Notes: generated by a model from the letters alone, not told the origin. A stretch of DNA of 64,000 bases from Eledone cirrhosa (GCA_964016885.1 OZ024765.1:4216001-4280000); one strand, 5' to 3'. Positions 14,738 to 29,137 are shown, counted from the first letter of the stretch. Numbers and translations are program-made.

Positions 14738-17700
14738 CATCATCATCATCATCATCGTTTTACATTCATTTTTACACGCTAGCATGGGTTAGACGAGTTG
14801 TCCTGTTGTGAGCAATGCCATGTCAGGTGACCATGTCTTGCTCAAATAGAACTGATTTTGGCTTGGTTTCTACAGCTAGATATCCTACCTAGCACCAACC
14901 ACTTTACAGAGTGAACTGGGTGCTTTTTGTTTTGACACCTACATGACCAATATACAGTGTGGGCTGGTTGCTTTTTGTCATGTCACCTACATGACCACTT
15001 TACAGAGTGGACTGGGTGCTTTTCGTCATGACACCTACACGACCACTTTACAGAGTGGACTGGGTGCTTTTCATCATGACACCTACATGACCACTTTACA
15101 GAGTGGACTGGGTGCTTTTCGTCATGACACCTACATGACCACTTTACAGAGTGGACTGGGTGCTTTTCATCATGACACCTACATGACCACTTTACAGAGT
15201 GGACTGGGTGCTTTTCGTCATGACACCTACACGACCACTTTACAGAGTGGACTGGGTGCTTTTCATCAAGACACCTACATGACCACTTTACAGAGTGGAC
15301 TGGGTGCTTTTCGTCATGACACCTACATGACCACTTTACAGAGTGGACTGGGTGCTTTTCGTCATGACACCTACATGACCACTTTACAGAGTGGACTGGG
15401 TGCTTTTCGTCATGACACCTACACGACCACTTTACAGAGTGGACTGGGTGCTTTTCATCATGACACCTACATGACCACTTTACAGAGTGGACTGGGTGCT
15501 TTTCGTCATGACACCTACACGACCACTTTACAGAGTGGACTGGGTGCTTTTCATCATGACACCTACATGACCACTTTACAGAGTGGACTGGGTGCTTTTC
15601 GTCATGACACCTACATGACCACTTTACAGAGTGGACTGGGTGCTTTTCATCATGACACCTACATGACCACTTTACAGAGTGGACTGGGTGCTTTTCGTCA
15701 TGACACCTACACGACCACTTTACAGAGTGGACTGGGTGCTTTTCATCATGACACCTACATGACCACTTTACAGAGTGGACTGGGTGCTTTTCGTCATGAC
15801 ACCTACATGACCACTTTACAGAGTGGACTGGGTGCTTTTCGTCATGACACCTACATGACCACTTTACAGAGTGGACTGGGTGCTTTTCGTCATGACACCT
15901 ACACGACCACTTTACAGAGTGGACTGGGTGCTTTTCATCATGACACCTACATGACCACTTTACAGAGTGGACTGGGTGCTTTTCGTCATGACACCTACAC
16001 GACCACTTTACAGAGTGGACTGGGTGCTTTTCATCATGACACCTACATGACCACTTTACAGAGTGGACTGGGTGCTTTTCGTCATGACACCTACATGACC
16101 ACTTTACAGAGTGGACTGGGTGCTTTTCATCATGACACCTACATGACCACTTTACAGAGTGGACTGGGTGCTTTTCGTCATGACACCTACACGACCACTT
16201 TACAGAGTGGACTGGGTGCTTTTCATCATGACACCTACATGACCACTTTACAGAGTGGACTGGGTGCTTTTCGTCATGACACCTACATGACCACTTTACA
16301 GAGTGGACTGGGTGCTTTTCATCATGACACCTACATGACCACTTTACAGAGTGGACTGGGTGCTTTTCGTCATGACACCTACATGACCACTTTACAGAGT
16401 GGACTGGGTGCTTTTCATCATGACACCTACACGACCACTTTACAGAGTGGACTGGGTGCTTTTCGTCATGACACCTACATGACCACTTTACAGAGTGGAC
16501 TGGGTGCTTTTCATCATGACACCTACATGACCACTTTACAGAGTGGACTGGGTGCTTTTCATCATGACACCTACATGACCACTTTACAGAGTGGACTGGG
16601 TGCTTTTCGTCATGACACCTACACGACCACTTTACAGTGTGGACTGGGTGCTTTTCATCATGACACCTACATGACCACTTTACAGAGTGGACTGGGTGCT
16701 TTTCATCATGACACCTACATGACCACTTTACAGAGTGGACTGGGTGCTTTTCGTCATGACACCTACACGACCACTTTACAGAGTGGACTGGGTGCTTTTC
16801 GTCATGACACCTACATGACCACTTTACAGTGTGGGCTGGGTGCTTTTTGTCATGACACCTACATGACCACTTTACAGAGTGGACTGGGTGCTTTTCGTCA
16901 TGACACCTACATGACCACTTTACAGTGTGGGCTGGGTGCTTTTTGTCATGACACCTACATGACCACTTTACAGAGTGGACTGGGTGCTTTTTGTCATGAC
17001 TCCTACATGACCACTTTACAGAGTGGACTGGGTGCTTTTTGTCATGACACCTACATGACCACTTTACAGAGTGGACTGGGTGCTTTTCGTCATGACACCT
17101 ACATGACCACTTTACAGAGTGGACTGGGTGCTTTTCATCATGACACCTACATGACCACTTTACAGAGTGGACTGGGTGCTTTTCATCATGACACCTACAT
17201 GACCACTTTACAGAGTGGACTGGGTGCTTTTCGTCATGACACCTACACGACCACTTTACAGAGTGGACTGGGTGCTTTTCGTCATGACACCTACATGACC
17301 ACTTTACAGTGTGGGCTGGGTGCTTTTTGTCATGACACCTACATGACCACTTTACAGAGTGGACTGGGTGCTTTTCGTCATGACACCTACATGACCACTT
17401 TACAGTGTGGGCTGGGTGCTTTTTGTCATGACACCTACATGACCACTTTACAGAGTGGACTGGGTGCTTTTTGTCATGACTCCTACATGACCACTTTACA
17501 GAGTGGACTGGGTGCTTTTCGTCATGACACCTACATGACCACTTTACAGTGTGGGCTGGGTGCTTTTTGTCATGACACCTACATGACCACTTTACAGAGT
17601 GGACTGGGTGCTTTTCGTCATGACACCTACATGACCACTTTACAGTGTGGGCTGGGTGCTTTTTGTCATGACACCTACATGACCACTTTACAGAGTGGAC

Positions 17701-18025
17701 TGGGTGCTTTTCATCATGACACCTACATGACCACTTTACAGAGTGGACTGGGTGCTTTTCATCATGACACCTACATGACCACTTTACAGAGTGGACTGGG
17801 TGCTTTTCATCATGACACCTACATGACCACTTTACAGAGTGGACTGGGTGCTTTTCATCATGACACCTACATGACCACTTTACAGAGTGAACTGGGTGCT
17901 TTTCGTCATGACACCTACATGACCACTTTACAGAGTGGACTGGGTGCTTTTCATCATGACACCTACACAAGCACTTTACAGTGTGGGCTGGGTGCTTTTT
18001 GTTGTGTCACCAACACAACCACTTT
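14738..18025 (-). repeat. Family A SINE 3' end plus ~64 copies of its 48-bp internal unit
   Basis: Unit ACCACTTTACAGAGTGGACTGGGTGCTTTTCRTCATGACACCTACAYG, contiguous with the SINE tail at 14738-14900. The 1028-aa and 995-aa ORFs are stop-free frames of the 48-mer. Confidence 0.95.
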
Positions 18026-18179
18026 CTAGGCGCTTGAGTGATGACATAGATGCTCAATCATTTTGTCATTCTTATCTTTTCCAACATATTTTACTAACGG
18101 GATACAAAATTATAAAATGGACGCTGTCCCACACTCCTCCCTTTATTATATTATAAATTATGTTAGTTTTACCTTTCAA

Positions 18180-18765
18180 TCTTACGGGGTTGATAAAATA
18201 AAGTACCAGTAACATACTGGGGTTGACTTAATTGACTTTTCTCTTTTACCCAAAATGGACTTGTGCCTAAATCGGAAACTATTGAGTATCAGTAGAGTGT
18301 CAGACACCATTGTCGGCCTTCTGCCTAAATCAGAAATCATTAATACCAGTATCGGTAGAGGGCCGGACACCATGCTTTGCATCAAAGAGTTACGGCCCTT
18401 TACTTTCTGAGTTCAAATCCTGCCAAGGTTAACTTTGCCTTTCATCCTTACGGGGGTCGATAAAATAAAGTACCAGTAATGTACTGGATAATTGCTGGCC
18501 TTGTGCCAAAAGTAGAAACAATTATTACTATAAAATAAAGTACCAGTAATGTACTGGATAATTGCTGGCCTTGTGCCAAAAGTAGAAACAATTATTACTA
18601 TAAAATAAAGTACCAGTAATGTACTGGATAATTGCTGGCCTTGTGCCAAAAGTAGAAACAATTATTACTATAAAATAAAGTACCAGTTACACACTGGAGT
18701 TGACTTAGTTGACTTTCTCTCCCTCAAATTGTTGGGCTTGTGCTTAAATCAGTAACCATTATTAC
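18180..18765 (+). mobile_element. Family B SINE cluster with 3 x 70-bp duplication of the 3' part
   Basis: GTACTGGATAATTGCTGGCC recurs at 18481, 18551 and 18621. Confidence 0.8.
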
Positions 18766-19087
18766 TTAATTGACATAATTATTTAGAAAGTTTAGTTAAT
18801 TAATGTTGCTGGAAAAACCGCCGTGAGAAAATGCACCAGGGTATGTTTCCTGCTTCCTAATTAGATGTCACACAAGATAACAATGTATTGCAGGTAATAA
18901 CAAGATATTTTAGCCATTAACGAGATATCACAGACTTTAACGAGATATCACGAACATTAACGAGATATTGCAGACAATAATGACATTTTTCCATTGACTG
19001 GACACACATCAAAATAATAACGGAATATACATGTATGAGTGTATATATTTATATATATGTATATATATATGTTAATGTGTATATATA

Positions 19088-19129
<42 letters not shown>

Positions 19130-19131
19130 CT

Positions 19132-20335
19132 TCGTTTTTGAATTTGTTTTGCAAGATTTCTTATCTGAAAACGTGTGTTGAAACAGATATTGTTATACTT
19201 TGGTAGGGTCATGTTGCCAATAAAAACACATGCACCTGTGGAATTTCACTTCTATTTATTATATTATTATAAATTTCCAGTTGGTTGGTTGGTTCGATAA
19301 CAGGATAGTTGTTTATATATTGTCAAAGCTCTTTTGTCACATATTCTGTGACCTCCTCAATGACTATGTTTTTATTGTGTCTCTCCTTCGTTCTGTCCTA
19401 CAACATCTTGTTTTCGTGTGTTGTGTATTGTGTGCTTAGTTTGCGCATGCGTTACATCCGAGAGTGTGTGTGTGTTTATTTATGTGTTTATTTACTTGTC
19501 ACTAGTTGGTTGTTTGTTCTATCTGTGTGTGTCTGATTTGTTTTGTTAGTTTGGTTTTTGTGCGTGTCTGTATGTCTTCATCTTGTCCTTAATTACTAGT
19601 TGTGATGTTGCTATTCCACTCATGTTTTCTGTTTAATTTGGGTTGGAGTGTGTTTATGTTTGTTGCCTCTGTGATTTATCTGAGCATTGCCTCTTTTCTG
19701 TGTGTAGATATAATTTTTATCTCTATGTTCTCTAATGTGCCCCTATGTTCTATTTTGGCATGTTGGTGGAGTACTGATGAGTTTTCCCATCCTGGAGTTC
19801 TCGCCAGTGTTTACTTATCCTTTCTCCTATGCTACGGACTGTTTCACCTATGTATGTTATGTTCTTATTCCTACACTGTCCCTCAGTACATCTTATGCTA
19901 TATAGTATGTTCCTAGTTTGCGGGCTTAGCTTGCAGACTATGCATTTCCTATCAGCACAGGGGATCTTTGAAATGAGTGTTTTACTAGTTAGGATTTTTA
20001 TGGGAATACCTGGCCTTTCAAATATCTTAATATTTAATTTGAACTTGTCTAGGGCCCTTCTAAATCTATAAGCTAGTTCACCTCTAGGGGATGTATTGAC
20101 AAACATTACACTCTGTATTTATTGCTATCATACCATGAGTTTATTTTATTTGCCTTATTCCTAATCCTTTCTATTCTGTTCCAAAATGTGCTCCTATACA
20201 CGGGGAAAGTTCCAATTGGTTCTGGCTCCTTTATATGACCTCGTTTTGTCTCTCTGATTGTAGCCAGAGAACTGCATGTGGTGGATGAAGTGTTGTATGT
20301 GTCTCTTTAATTCTTTAGGTTTGCACATGCGGGAC
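19132..20335 (-). mobile_element. Decayed Penelope-like retroelement: RT C-terminus, Cys-rich linker, GIY-YIG endonuclease and 3' pLTR region
   Basis: MQFSGY; PCADRKCIVC; NILYSIRC...YIGETVRSIGERISKH; after a frameshift HQHAKIEH...LR*ITEATNINTLQPKLNRKHEW. Decayed hammerhead at 19322-19365. Confidence 0.85.
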
Positions 20336-20639
20336 CCGTTCCTCATCATTCTTACTAAGTCCACAATCACAATCAGTATATTGATTTTTATGTGATCCGA
20401 AATCAATATACTCATTGCAGATGTGTGCATGTGTGTATGTGTATGCATGTGTATGTTTGTTTATATATATATGTGTGTATGTGTGCATGTGTTTTTGTAT
20501 ATATGTGTGTGTGTCTGTTTATATATGTGGGTGGGGGAGGGCATATTATTTAGGTGGGACATAAACGTCACAGCTTATTTTAACCATTGTTGATATGAAG
20601 ATGTGTGTAGTACACACACACACACCACCCGCACCCCAA

Positions 20640-20875
20640 CCCCACATACACTGACACTGTGTTAAGTGACTGAAAGTACAAGACTTCCACCCTGGACAAG
20701 ACACCAATCCATTGCAGGGTTAAACCCCCAGCTATTACTGGTACTCATTTTTAGCTGAGTATACTGGAGCAACATGAAATGAAGTGTTTTGTTCAAGAAC
20801 ACAACATACACCCAGTCCAGGAATCAAACACACAACATTATGATCGTAAGTCCAACACCTTTACCACTAGGCCCC
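20640..20875 (-). mobile_element. tRNA-derived SINE (family C, TGTGTTCTTGAACAARACAC core)
   Basis: Minus strand GGCCTAGTGGTAAAGG..GTTTGATTCC head; matches 43535-43690. Confidence 0.7.
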
Positions 20876-21001
20876 CTCCTTCACACTGTCCAGGACAGCT
20901 ATTTTGATTATTGACCCTGAAAGGATAAAATTTCAAGTTGACATTGTTGCTATTTGAATGCAGAAGGCAGAGAGATGGAACTGATGCTGTGAACCATTTA
21001 A

Positions 21002-21516
21002 CCCTTTAGTATTTACATTACTCTATATATAATTGTTTCTACTTTAGGCACAAGGCCAGCAATTACCCAGTGCATTACTGGTACTTTATTTTATCGACCC
21101 CGTAAGGATGAAAGGCAAAGTCAACCTCGGCGGGATTTGAACTCAGATCGTAAAGGGACGTAACTATGCTAGAAAGCATGGCGTCCAACCCTCAACCGAT
21201 ACTGCCAATCCACTATATATAATATTGTATTTTCACAGAAAAGGCTTTAACACATAATTATCTCACATAATATCAAATCTACAAGATTTTGATATTATTT
21301 ATTTCGAGAACAATGCCTTAACCCTTTAGCATTTTCATTACTCTATATGTTCACAGTAAAGGCTTTATCTCACATAATATTGAATCTATGAGATTTTGAT
21401 GTTATTTATTTTGAGAACAATACTTTAACATAAGTATGAGAAGCTGGTTACAGCCAGTTTGAACACAAAGCGGTGAGAGAATTCTGGCTGGATATGGCCA
21501 GTTTAAATGCTAAAGG
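21002..21516. mobile_element. TTAA-flanked piggyBac-like MITE with internal duplication and a nested family B SINE (21030-21213, -)
   Basis: TTAA-CCCTTTAG ... CTAAAGG-TTAA; homologous to 37636-37856 in reverse orientation. Confidence 0.7.
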
Positions 21517-22019
21517 TTAACATCAGTATGTGCAGCCAGTTATGACCAGTTTAAACAAAATCCACTAATGACTCTGCTAATTAACTGCCCGATGTCACAT
21601 GTATGTATGGTGCTGTAATTCCTGGTGGAGTTGTAAGAGCACCATAGTGACATACAGCATTTCTGGGGGTATTTTTACCCTGGTGGAGCCAGTATTCTCT
21701 CCAGGTCTGAACGCAGCAGATTTCTTCCAGAGAAGGATATAGAGAGTGAGAGTGGGTATGAGGGAGATATAGAGGAAGAACTGACCACAGTACTAGACTG
21801 GTACTTTCCTTATTGACCTCGAAAGGAAGAAAGGCAAAGTTGACCTCAATGGAATTTGAACTGAGAGAGAGCAGAGAGCTGGAACAAAAACTGCAAAGCA
21901 TTGAATCCAATGCAATAACAACTCTGCAGATTTGCTGTCTGACATTATAATATTCCCATAAAACCTCATTTAAATATTCAAATATTTGAATAAATAAAAT
22001 ACTTGATAGAGTGTATAGC

Positions 22020-22700
22020 TCCGAGATCAAAGATTCACTCCTGGTAGAGCCGCTACTTCTCTGAATTAAGAGATCACAGCTCCAATACTATGGACATGTA
22101 GTTAGAATGTTACAGGAAAGAATTGCTGGAGATATTTATAGCTGAGAGATCAAAGAGTCACTCCTACTTCTCCTAATTGAGAGATCACAGCTCCGATACT
22201 ATGGACATGTGGTTAGAAGGTCCTAGGAAAGAATCACTGGAGATATTTGTAGCTGAGAGATCAAAGAGTCACTACTTCTCTGAATTGAGAGATCACAGCT
22301 CCGATACTATGGACATGTGGTTAGAAGGTCCTAGGAAAGAATCACTGGAGATATTTGTAGCTGAGAGATCAAAGAGTCACTACTTCTCTGAATTGAGAGA
22401 TCAAGCACTGATACTACGTTCGTGGGGTTAGAATGTCTCAAGAAAGAATTGCGAGACAGATTTTATGGGCAAAAACCAACCCGCAGGAGACCCAGGAGTA
22501 GACCAGCCTTGAGCAAGATGGATGGATAACATCCATGACCTTGGCTAATCTCGCTTGGAGATCCAGCTGAATTAATTGGAGACTGCTTCTGACAGGACCT
22601 GCTAGAAGGAGTATTTGTGGACTCTGCTTCCACAAACCTCTCAGGAATAAGTGAGTGAAGAAGATGAAGAAGAAGATGACAACAGAAGGAGAAGAAAATA
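22020..22700 (+). mobile_element. RTE LINE 3' fragment (GAA-tail family) with ~108-bp internal tandem duplications
   Basis: RSQLRYYGHVVR repeated, then ...ARWMDNIHDLG...SDRTC and a (GAA)n tail; related copies at 55.83-56.38 kb and 63.58-63.9 kb (-). Confidence 0.75.
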
Positions 22701-22959
22701 TAAACAAAAATAAAACTAAATAAAACAAGAATTTATTAATTTAAAAATCTTTTTAATAGTTATCATTTATCCAAAATAAATTGGTCGTTAAATTGTTTCC
22801 AACTTTTGATCTGAAGTTGTCTGACTGGAGTAAATCGGTCAATTTATATTTGGTAATGACTGAATATATATTTTTTCTGCCTGAAGCTTGGCTAGCTGAG
22901 TCGGTAGAGCATCCAACGGAATACCTTGTGTTGTTTAATTTTGTCTATTTATGTTGTTA

Positions 22960-23100
22960 TGAAAGGGCATGGCTTAGTGGTTAGTGAATTGGATTCACAA
23001 TCATGAGGTTCTGGGTTCAATTGCTGAATCAGCTGTAAAAGTGAGTTGTGATGTCACTGGTGCCAAACTGTATCGGCCTCGACCTTTCCATTGAACAACA
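22960..23100 (+). mobile_element. Family C tRNA-SINE fragment
   Basis: GGCATGGCTTAGTGGTTAG...GGTTCAATT head. Confidence 0.6.
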
Positions 23101-23147
23101 TTATACATAATGTATATATAATATATATATAGTGTTTATATATACAT

Positions 23148-23213
<66 letters not shown>

Positions 23214-23540
23214 GCTGAGGATCTGCTAAGGTGAAACATTTGTTCTCGGTATGGTGAAGTAACTGTTGTGTAACCACTTCTACCTAACTCGTCCCATGGA
23301 CTGAGTGCTCTACCGCTACGGATATTACCTTCCAGTGTTCTACCACTATATATGTATGTATATATATATATATGTATGTATATATATATATATATATATG
23401 TATGTAAAAGGTAAACAGAAATAACAACATATATATATATATATATATATATGAGTTGTGATGTCAATAGTGCCAAGCTGTATCAGCTTTTGACTTACCC
23501 TTGGGCAACATCACATATTGTGTGCATATATATATATATG

Positions 23541-23609
<69 letters not shown>

Positions 23610-23610
<1 letters not shown>

Positions 23611-23950
23611 TCAATGTGCGTGAATGACCAAGCATGGACGAGTTGAGAGAGAAACTGTGTATAAAAGGGATAGGCTTTAGTGTGTGGAGAGAAGACTGAG
23701 ATGGTATGGACATGTGATGAGGATGGAGGATGACCGCTGGGTGAAGAAGTGCCAAGAAATTCCACTAGAAGGAAGACGCAGTAGAGGAAGACCACGAAAA
23801 TCATGGGCGGAGGTGACCTCAGATCACTGAAGCACACAGAGGAGATGACGAAGGATTGTGACGAATGGAGAGATGCTGTGCTGAAAAGGACCCGTCCCAC
23901 CCTTGCAAGCAGGGAAAAGCAAACGTAAAATGATGATGATGGTGATGATG
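23610..23950 (+). mobile_element. RTE LINE 3' end with (GAT)n tail
   Basis: ERRLRWYGHVMRMEDDRWVKKCQEIPLEGRRSRGRPRKSW in one frame. Confidence 0.85.
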
Positions 23951-24039
23951 ATTAGTCACTACCTTAAAATTCATAAGGAAATGGCCTTCAAAATGTTTTA
24001 AATAAACATACAGTGTATTAAATATACAATATAAATATA

Positions 24040-24228
24040 ATAGTTTCTACTTTAGGCACAAGGCCAGCAAATACCCCAGTGCATTACTGGTTCTTTATTT
24101 TATCGACCCCGTAAGGATGAAAGCAAAGTCAACCTCGGCGGGATTTGAACTCAGATCGTAAAGGGACGTAACTATGCTGGAAAGCATGGCGTCCGACCCT
24201 CTACCGATACTGCCAATCCACCGCCTTT
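24040..24228 (-). mobile_element. Family B SINE, full length
   Basis: Reverse complement of 51946-52135. Confidence 0.85.
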
Positions 24229-24554
24229 AATATAAATATAATATAAATATAATATAATATAATATAAATATAATTTAATATAAATATAATATAATATAAT
24301 AATGAAATTATTGTGTAAAGTGCTCAGGTGCACTACAACTCGTCAAAGGTGTATGTATAGTACATAGAATAATACACAAATGTCAGGGAAGTACATGTGT
24401 GTATGTGTTAGCTGTAGTGTTGTATATATATGTATCACTCTTTCAGAGCATCAATACAGATATAGAAATATAATTAGAATTTTATTTCTCACCCTAGCAC
24501 AACTGATACATAAATGTAAGTATACACACGTATATGTATACACATCGAGCATTA

Positions 24555-24730
24555 ATAATAATTGTTTCTAGTTTTAGCACAAGGCCAGCAATTACCCAGT
24601 GTATTACTGGTACTTTATTTTATCGACCCCCGTAAGGATGAAAGGCAAAGTTAACCTCGGCGGGATTTGAACTCAGATCATACAGGGAGGTAACTCTATG
24701 CTGCAAAGCATGGCGTCCGACCCTCTACTG
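24555..24730 (-). mobile_element. Family B SINE, full length
   Basis: Same head, B-box and body as above. Confidence 0.85.
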
Positions 24731-24852
24731 ATACTGCCAATCCACCGCCTTAATAATAATGTTCGATTCATTTGTAAACAAACGGCCCGATTTGAAACTG
24801 TGCTGTGTCAGTGACCGATTGTCACCCGTTTGTTCAACTGGGGCTTTGAGGA

Positions 24853-24895
24853 ACAATCAACATGTTTCTGGGTCATTACCCTTCATCAGGACTGT
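24853..24895 (-). ncRNA. Minimal type I hammerhead ribozyme motif
   Basis: ACAGUC-CUGAUGA-A-GGGU[aaug]ACCC-A-GAAA-CAUG-UU-GAUUGU: stem I pairs (one G.U) and stem III is the palindrome ACAUGU. Confidence 0.7.
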
Positions 24896-25124
24896 ATACA
24901 TCTGCCAGTCTGTTGAACGGTTGAAAATATATACTATATATTTTCTTAAGTACACATCAGATGAGTAGCCTCATTTGCATACTGAGCGAGCTACAGCTGG
25001 CCTTGCCGAATATTAAAAATAAAATAAGAATTTTATTTCTTGCTCTAACACAGCTGACACATAAATGTAAGTATACATATGTACATATGAGTTATATCGT
25101 GCATTGATATTAAAAAAACTCAGG

Positions 25125-26015
25125 TGGCCATGTAGGAGACACGGTAAAAAGGCACCCAGTCCACACTGTAAAGAGGTCATGTAGGTAACACGGTAAAAAG
25201 GCACCCAGTCCACACTGTAAAGAGGTCGTGTAGGCGACACGGTAAAAAGGCACCCAGTCCACACTGTAAAGAGGTCATGTAGGCGACACGGTAAAAAGGC
25301 TCCCAGTCCACACTGTAAAGAGGTCGTGTAGGCGACACGGTAAAAAGGCACCCAGTCCACACTGTAAAGAGGTCGTGTAGGAGACACGGTAAAAAGGCAC
25401 CCAGTCCACACTGTAAAGAGGTCGTGTAGGCGACACGGTAAAAAGGCACCCAGTCCACACTGTAAAGAGGTCGTGTAGGAGACACGGTAAAAAGGCACCC
25501 AGTCCACACTGTAAAGAGGTCGTGTAGGCGACACGGTAAAAAGGCACCCAGTCCACACTGTAAAGAGGTCGTGTAGGAGACACGGTAAAAAGGCACCCAG
25601 TCCACACTGTAAAGAGGTCGTGTAGGCGACACGGTAAAAAGGCACCCAGTCCACACTGTAAAGAGGTCGTGTAGGAGACACGGTAAAAAGGCACCCAGTC
25701 CACACTGTAAAGAGGTCGTGTAGGCGACACGGTAAAAAGGCACCCAGTCCACACTGTAAAGAGGTCGTGTAGGAGACACGGTAAAAAGGCACCCAGTCCA
25801 CACTGTAAAGAGGTCGTGTAGGCGACACGGTAAAAAGGCTCCCTGCCCACACTGTAAATGAGGTTGGTGTTAGGAAGGGTATCCAGCTGTAGAAAGCCTG
25901 CCAGAAACAGTTCTATATGAGCGAGATATGGACCAAACTTGCCTCAAGTGGGACAAACCCATCTAACTCATGCTAGCGTGGAAGATAGACATTAAACGAT
26001 GATGATAATGATGAT
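25125..26015 (+). repeat. ~15 x 49-bp array ending in a family A SINE 3' end
   Basis: ACGGTAAAAAGGCACCCAGTCCACACTGTAAAGAGGTCGTGTAGGMGAC period 49, then GTTGGTGTTAGGAAGGG.. and a (GAT)n tail. Confidence 0.9.
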
Positions 26016-26336
26016 TACTCTATATTTACTATTGTATTATCGAATCTTTGAGATTTGATATTACTTATTTTGAGAATCATACCTTAACATCTGTATAAGT
26101 GGCCAGTTATGGCCGGTTTGAACAGAACCTTTGCATATCCTCTGTGCTACATATATGTGTGTGTGTGATGGACTTCTACACAGTTTCTGTCTACTAGATT
26201 TCACTCAAAGAGCTATTGCAGAAGGCTCTTGTTTCCTTGATGTGCCGTACAGTTAGAGATAGAAATTTGAAATTTAAATGCAGATAAATGCGAAATGAAC
26301 TTCTTAACCACACAGCTATATCAAACACAAAGAGAA

Positions 26337-26367
<31 letters not shown>

Positions 26368-26759
26368 GGGAGAGAGAGAATGGTTTCCTTTCAGAGATGT
26401 GTAGAGGTGGAGAGGTAAAATAAAAAAAAAATAAAAAAAAAACGGTAAAAATTTTTATCATGGAATATTTCAAGTGTGTTTTTCAGCAACCATTTAGAAT
26501 TGTGAACTAAAACAGGGAAAAAAACACAGAGAAAATTGTTTTCACTGTAATAATTTTCTCTGGGTTATCAAAGAATCGAGAAAAAAAATTGGTTTGATGT
26601 TTTGGTGAAAGATTTGACACATAACGACCCTTTGTCGTACACATAGAGACCATTTCTCGTTTCTCTCTACGTATTACTGCTTCCATTTACGTCATGTTAT
26701 TACTATTATTATTCCAGACTTAGCAAAACAAATAAACACACAAATAATAAGAAATTCTG

Positions 26760-27865
26760 AGGATAGGATATATGAATATAGAAATATATATATATATATA
26801 GGAATATAGATATATAGAAATATAGATATAGAGATATATAGGAATATATAGATAGATCGATATAGTAATATAGGAAGATAGATATATGGAATATAGAGAT
26901 ATAGGAATATAGATATATAGGAATATAGATATATAGATATATAGGAATATAGAAAATATATAGATATAGATATATAGGTTGGTAGATATATAGATATATA
27001 GATATATAGGGTGGTAGATATAAAGATATATAGGGTGGTAGATATATAGATATATAGGATGGTAGATATATAGATATATAGGATAGTAGATATATAGATA
27101 TATAAGATGGTAGATATATAGATATATAGGGTGGTAGATATATAGATATATAAGGTGGTAGATATATAGATATATAGGGTGGTAGATATATAGATATATA
27201 GGGTGGTAGATATATAGATATATAGGGTGGTAGATATATAGATATATAGGGTGGTAGATATATAGATATATAGGGTGGTAGATATATAGATATATAGGGT
27301 GGTAGATATATAGATATATAGGGTGGTAGATATATAGATATATAGGGTGGTAGATATATAGATATATAGGGTGGTAGATATATAGATATATAGGGTGGTA
27401 GATATACAGATATATAAGGTGGTAGATATATAGATATATAGATATATAAGGTGGTAGATATATAGATATATAGGGTGGTAGATATATAGATATATAAGGT
27501 GGTAGATATATAGATATATAAGGTGGTAGATATATAGATATATAGATATATAGGGTGGTAGATATATAGATATATAGGGTGGTAGATATATAGATATATA
27601 GGGTGGTAGATATATAGATATATAAGGTGGTAGATATATAGATATATAAGGTGGTAGATATATAGATATATAGATATATAGGGTGGTAGATATATAGATA
27701 TATAGGGTGGTAGATATATAGATATATAGGGTGGTAGATATATAGATATATAGGGTGGTAGATATATAGATATATAGGGTGGTAGATATATAGATATATA
27801 GGGTGGTAGATATATAGATATATAGGGTGGTAGATATATAGATATATAGGGTGGTAGATATATAG
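26760..27865. repeat. 24-bp minisatellite GGGTGGTAGATATATAGATATATA growing out of (GATATA)n
   Basis: Exact 24-bp period from ~27120 to 27865. Confidence 0.95.
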
Positions 27866-27924
27866 AAAATAATAGAAATTTGTATAATAATGGCCGAACG
27901 AAAATATTTTATATTATAGATCTA

Positions 27925-28732
27925 TAGAGAGAGGGAAGGGGAGAGGGAAGGGGAGATGGGAGGGAAGGAGAGGGGGAAGGCGAGATGGGAGGGAAGGAGA
28001 GGGGGAAGGGGAGATGGGAGGGAAGGAGAGAGGACAGGGGAATAAAAAAGGACAAGAGGGATGAAGAGAAGGGTTGTGTTTGAGAGATAGAGAAGAGGAC
28101 AGCATGTGAGGGGGGTGCAAGGGAGGAGGACAGAGGGGTAGGATGGAAGGGGGAGAAGAGATAGAGGGGGACAGAGGGAGAGGTTTGCGAGATAGGGGGA
28201 CAGAGACAAGATAGGGGGGGGGTGAGAGAGAAGAGAGAGGGGGGTGTTTGAGAGAGAGGGGGAAGGTTTGAGAGATGAGGACAGAGAGAAGATAGGGAAG
28301 GGTAGAGAGGGAAAAGAGAGGGGGAAGGTTTGAGGGAGAGGGGACAGGGAGAAGAGAGAGAGGGAGTGGAGGAGAAGGAAGAGAGAGAGGGGGAAGGTTT
28401 GATGGGAGGAAAGGAAAGAGTGAAGCAGAAGGAGTGTAACATTGATGATGATGATGAGTATGATTGTTGTTGTTGTTGTTGTTATTGTCACCACCACCAC
28501 CACCACCACCACCACCACCACCATTACCACTACTACCACCACCACCACCACCACCAACACCACCACCATTACCACTACTACCACCACCACCACCACCACC
28601 AACACCACCACTACCACTACTACCACCACCACCACCACCACCACCACCACCATTACCACTACTACCACCACCACCACCACCACCAACACCACCACCATTA
28701 CCACCACCACCGCCACCACCACCACCACCACC

Positions 28733-28763
<31 letters not shown>

Positions 28764-28855
28764 CCACAAGAAGAAGAATGTTAGTTAAAAGTTGAAATAT
28801 TGGTGTGAAGTGTAACATTGTTATGTGTATATATATATATATATGTGTATGTGTG

Positions 28856-28886
<31 letters not shown>

Positions 28887-29137
28887 ATATATATATATAT
28901 ATGTGCATGTGTGTATATATATATATGTGTGCATGTGTGTATATATATGTGTGTATGTGTGTGTATATGTGTGTGTGTGTGTATGTGTATATATATAAAT
29001 GTGTGTGTATGTGTATAAGTGTATGTCTATATATGTGTGTATGCATGTATATATGTGTATATGTGTGTGTGTATATATGTGTGTGTGTATATCTGTATGT
29101 GTATATGTATATATGTATGTGTATATATGTGTGTCTA

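Noticed and set aside
14943-18029. 1028-aa (+) and 995-aa (-) ORFs as repeat-protein genes
   Set aside because: Pure 48-bp SINE-derived tandem unit, open on both strands, with no unique domain or splice context.
28330-28795. Poly-His, poly-Pro and poly-Thr ORFs (formin- or extensin-like)
   Set aside because: (CAC)n microsatellite read in three frames.
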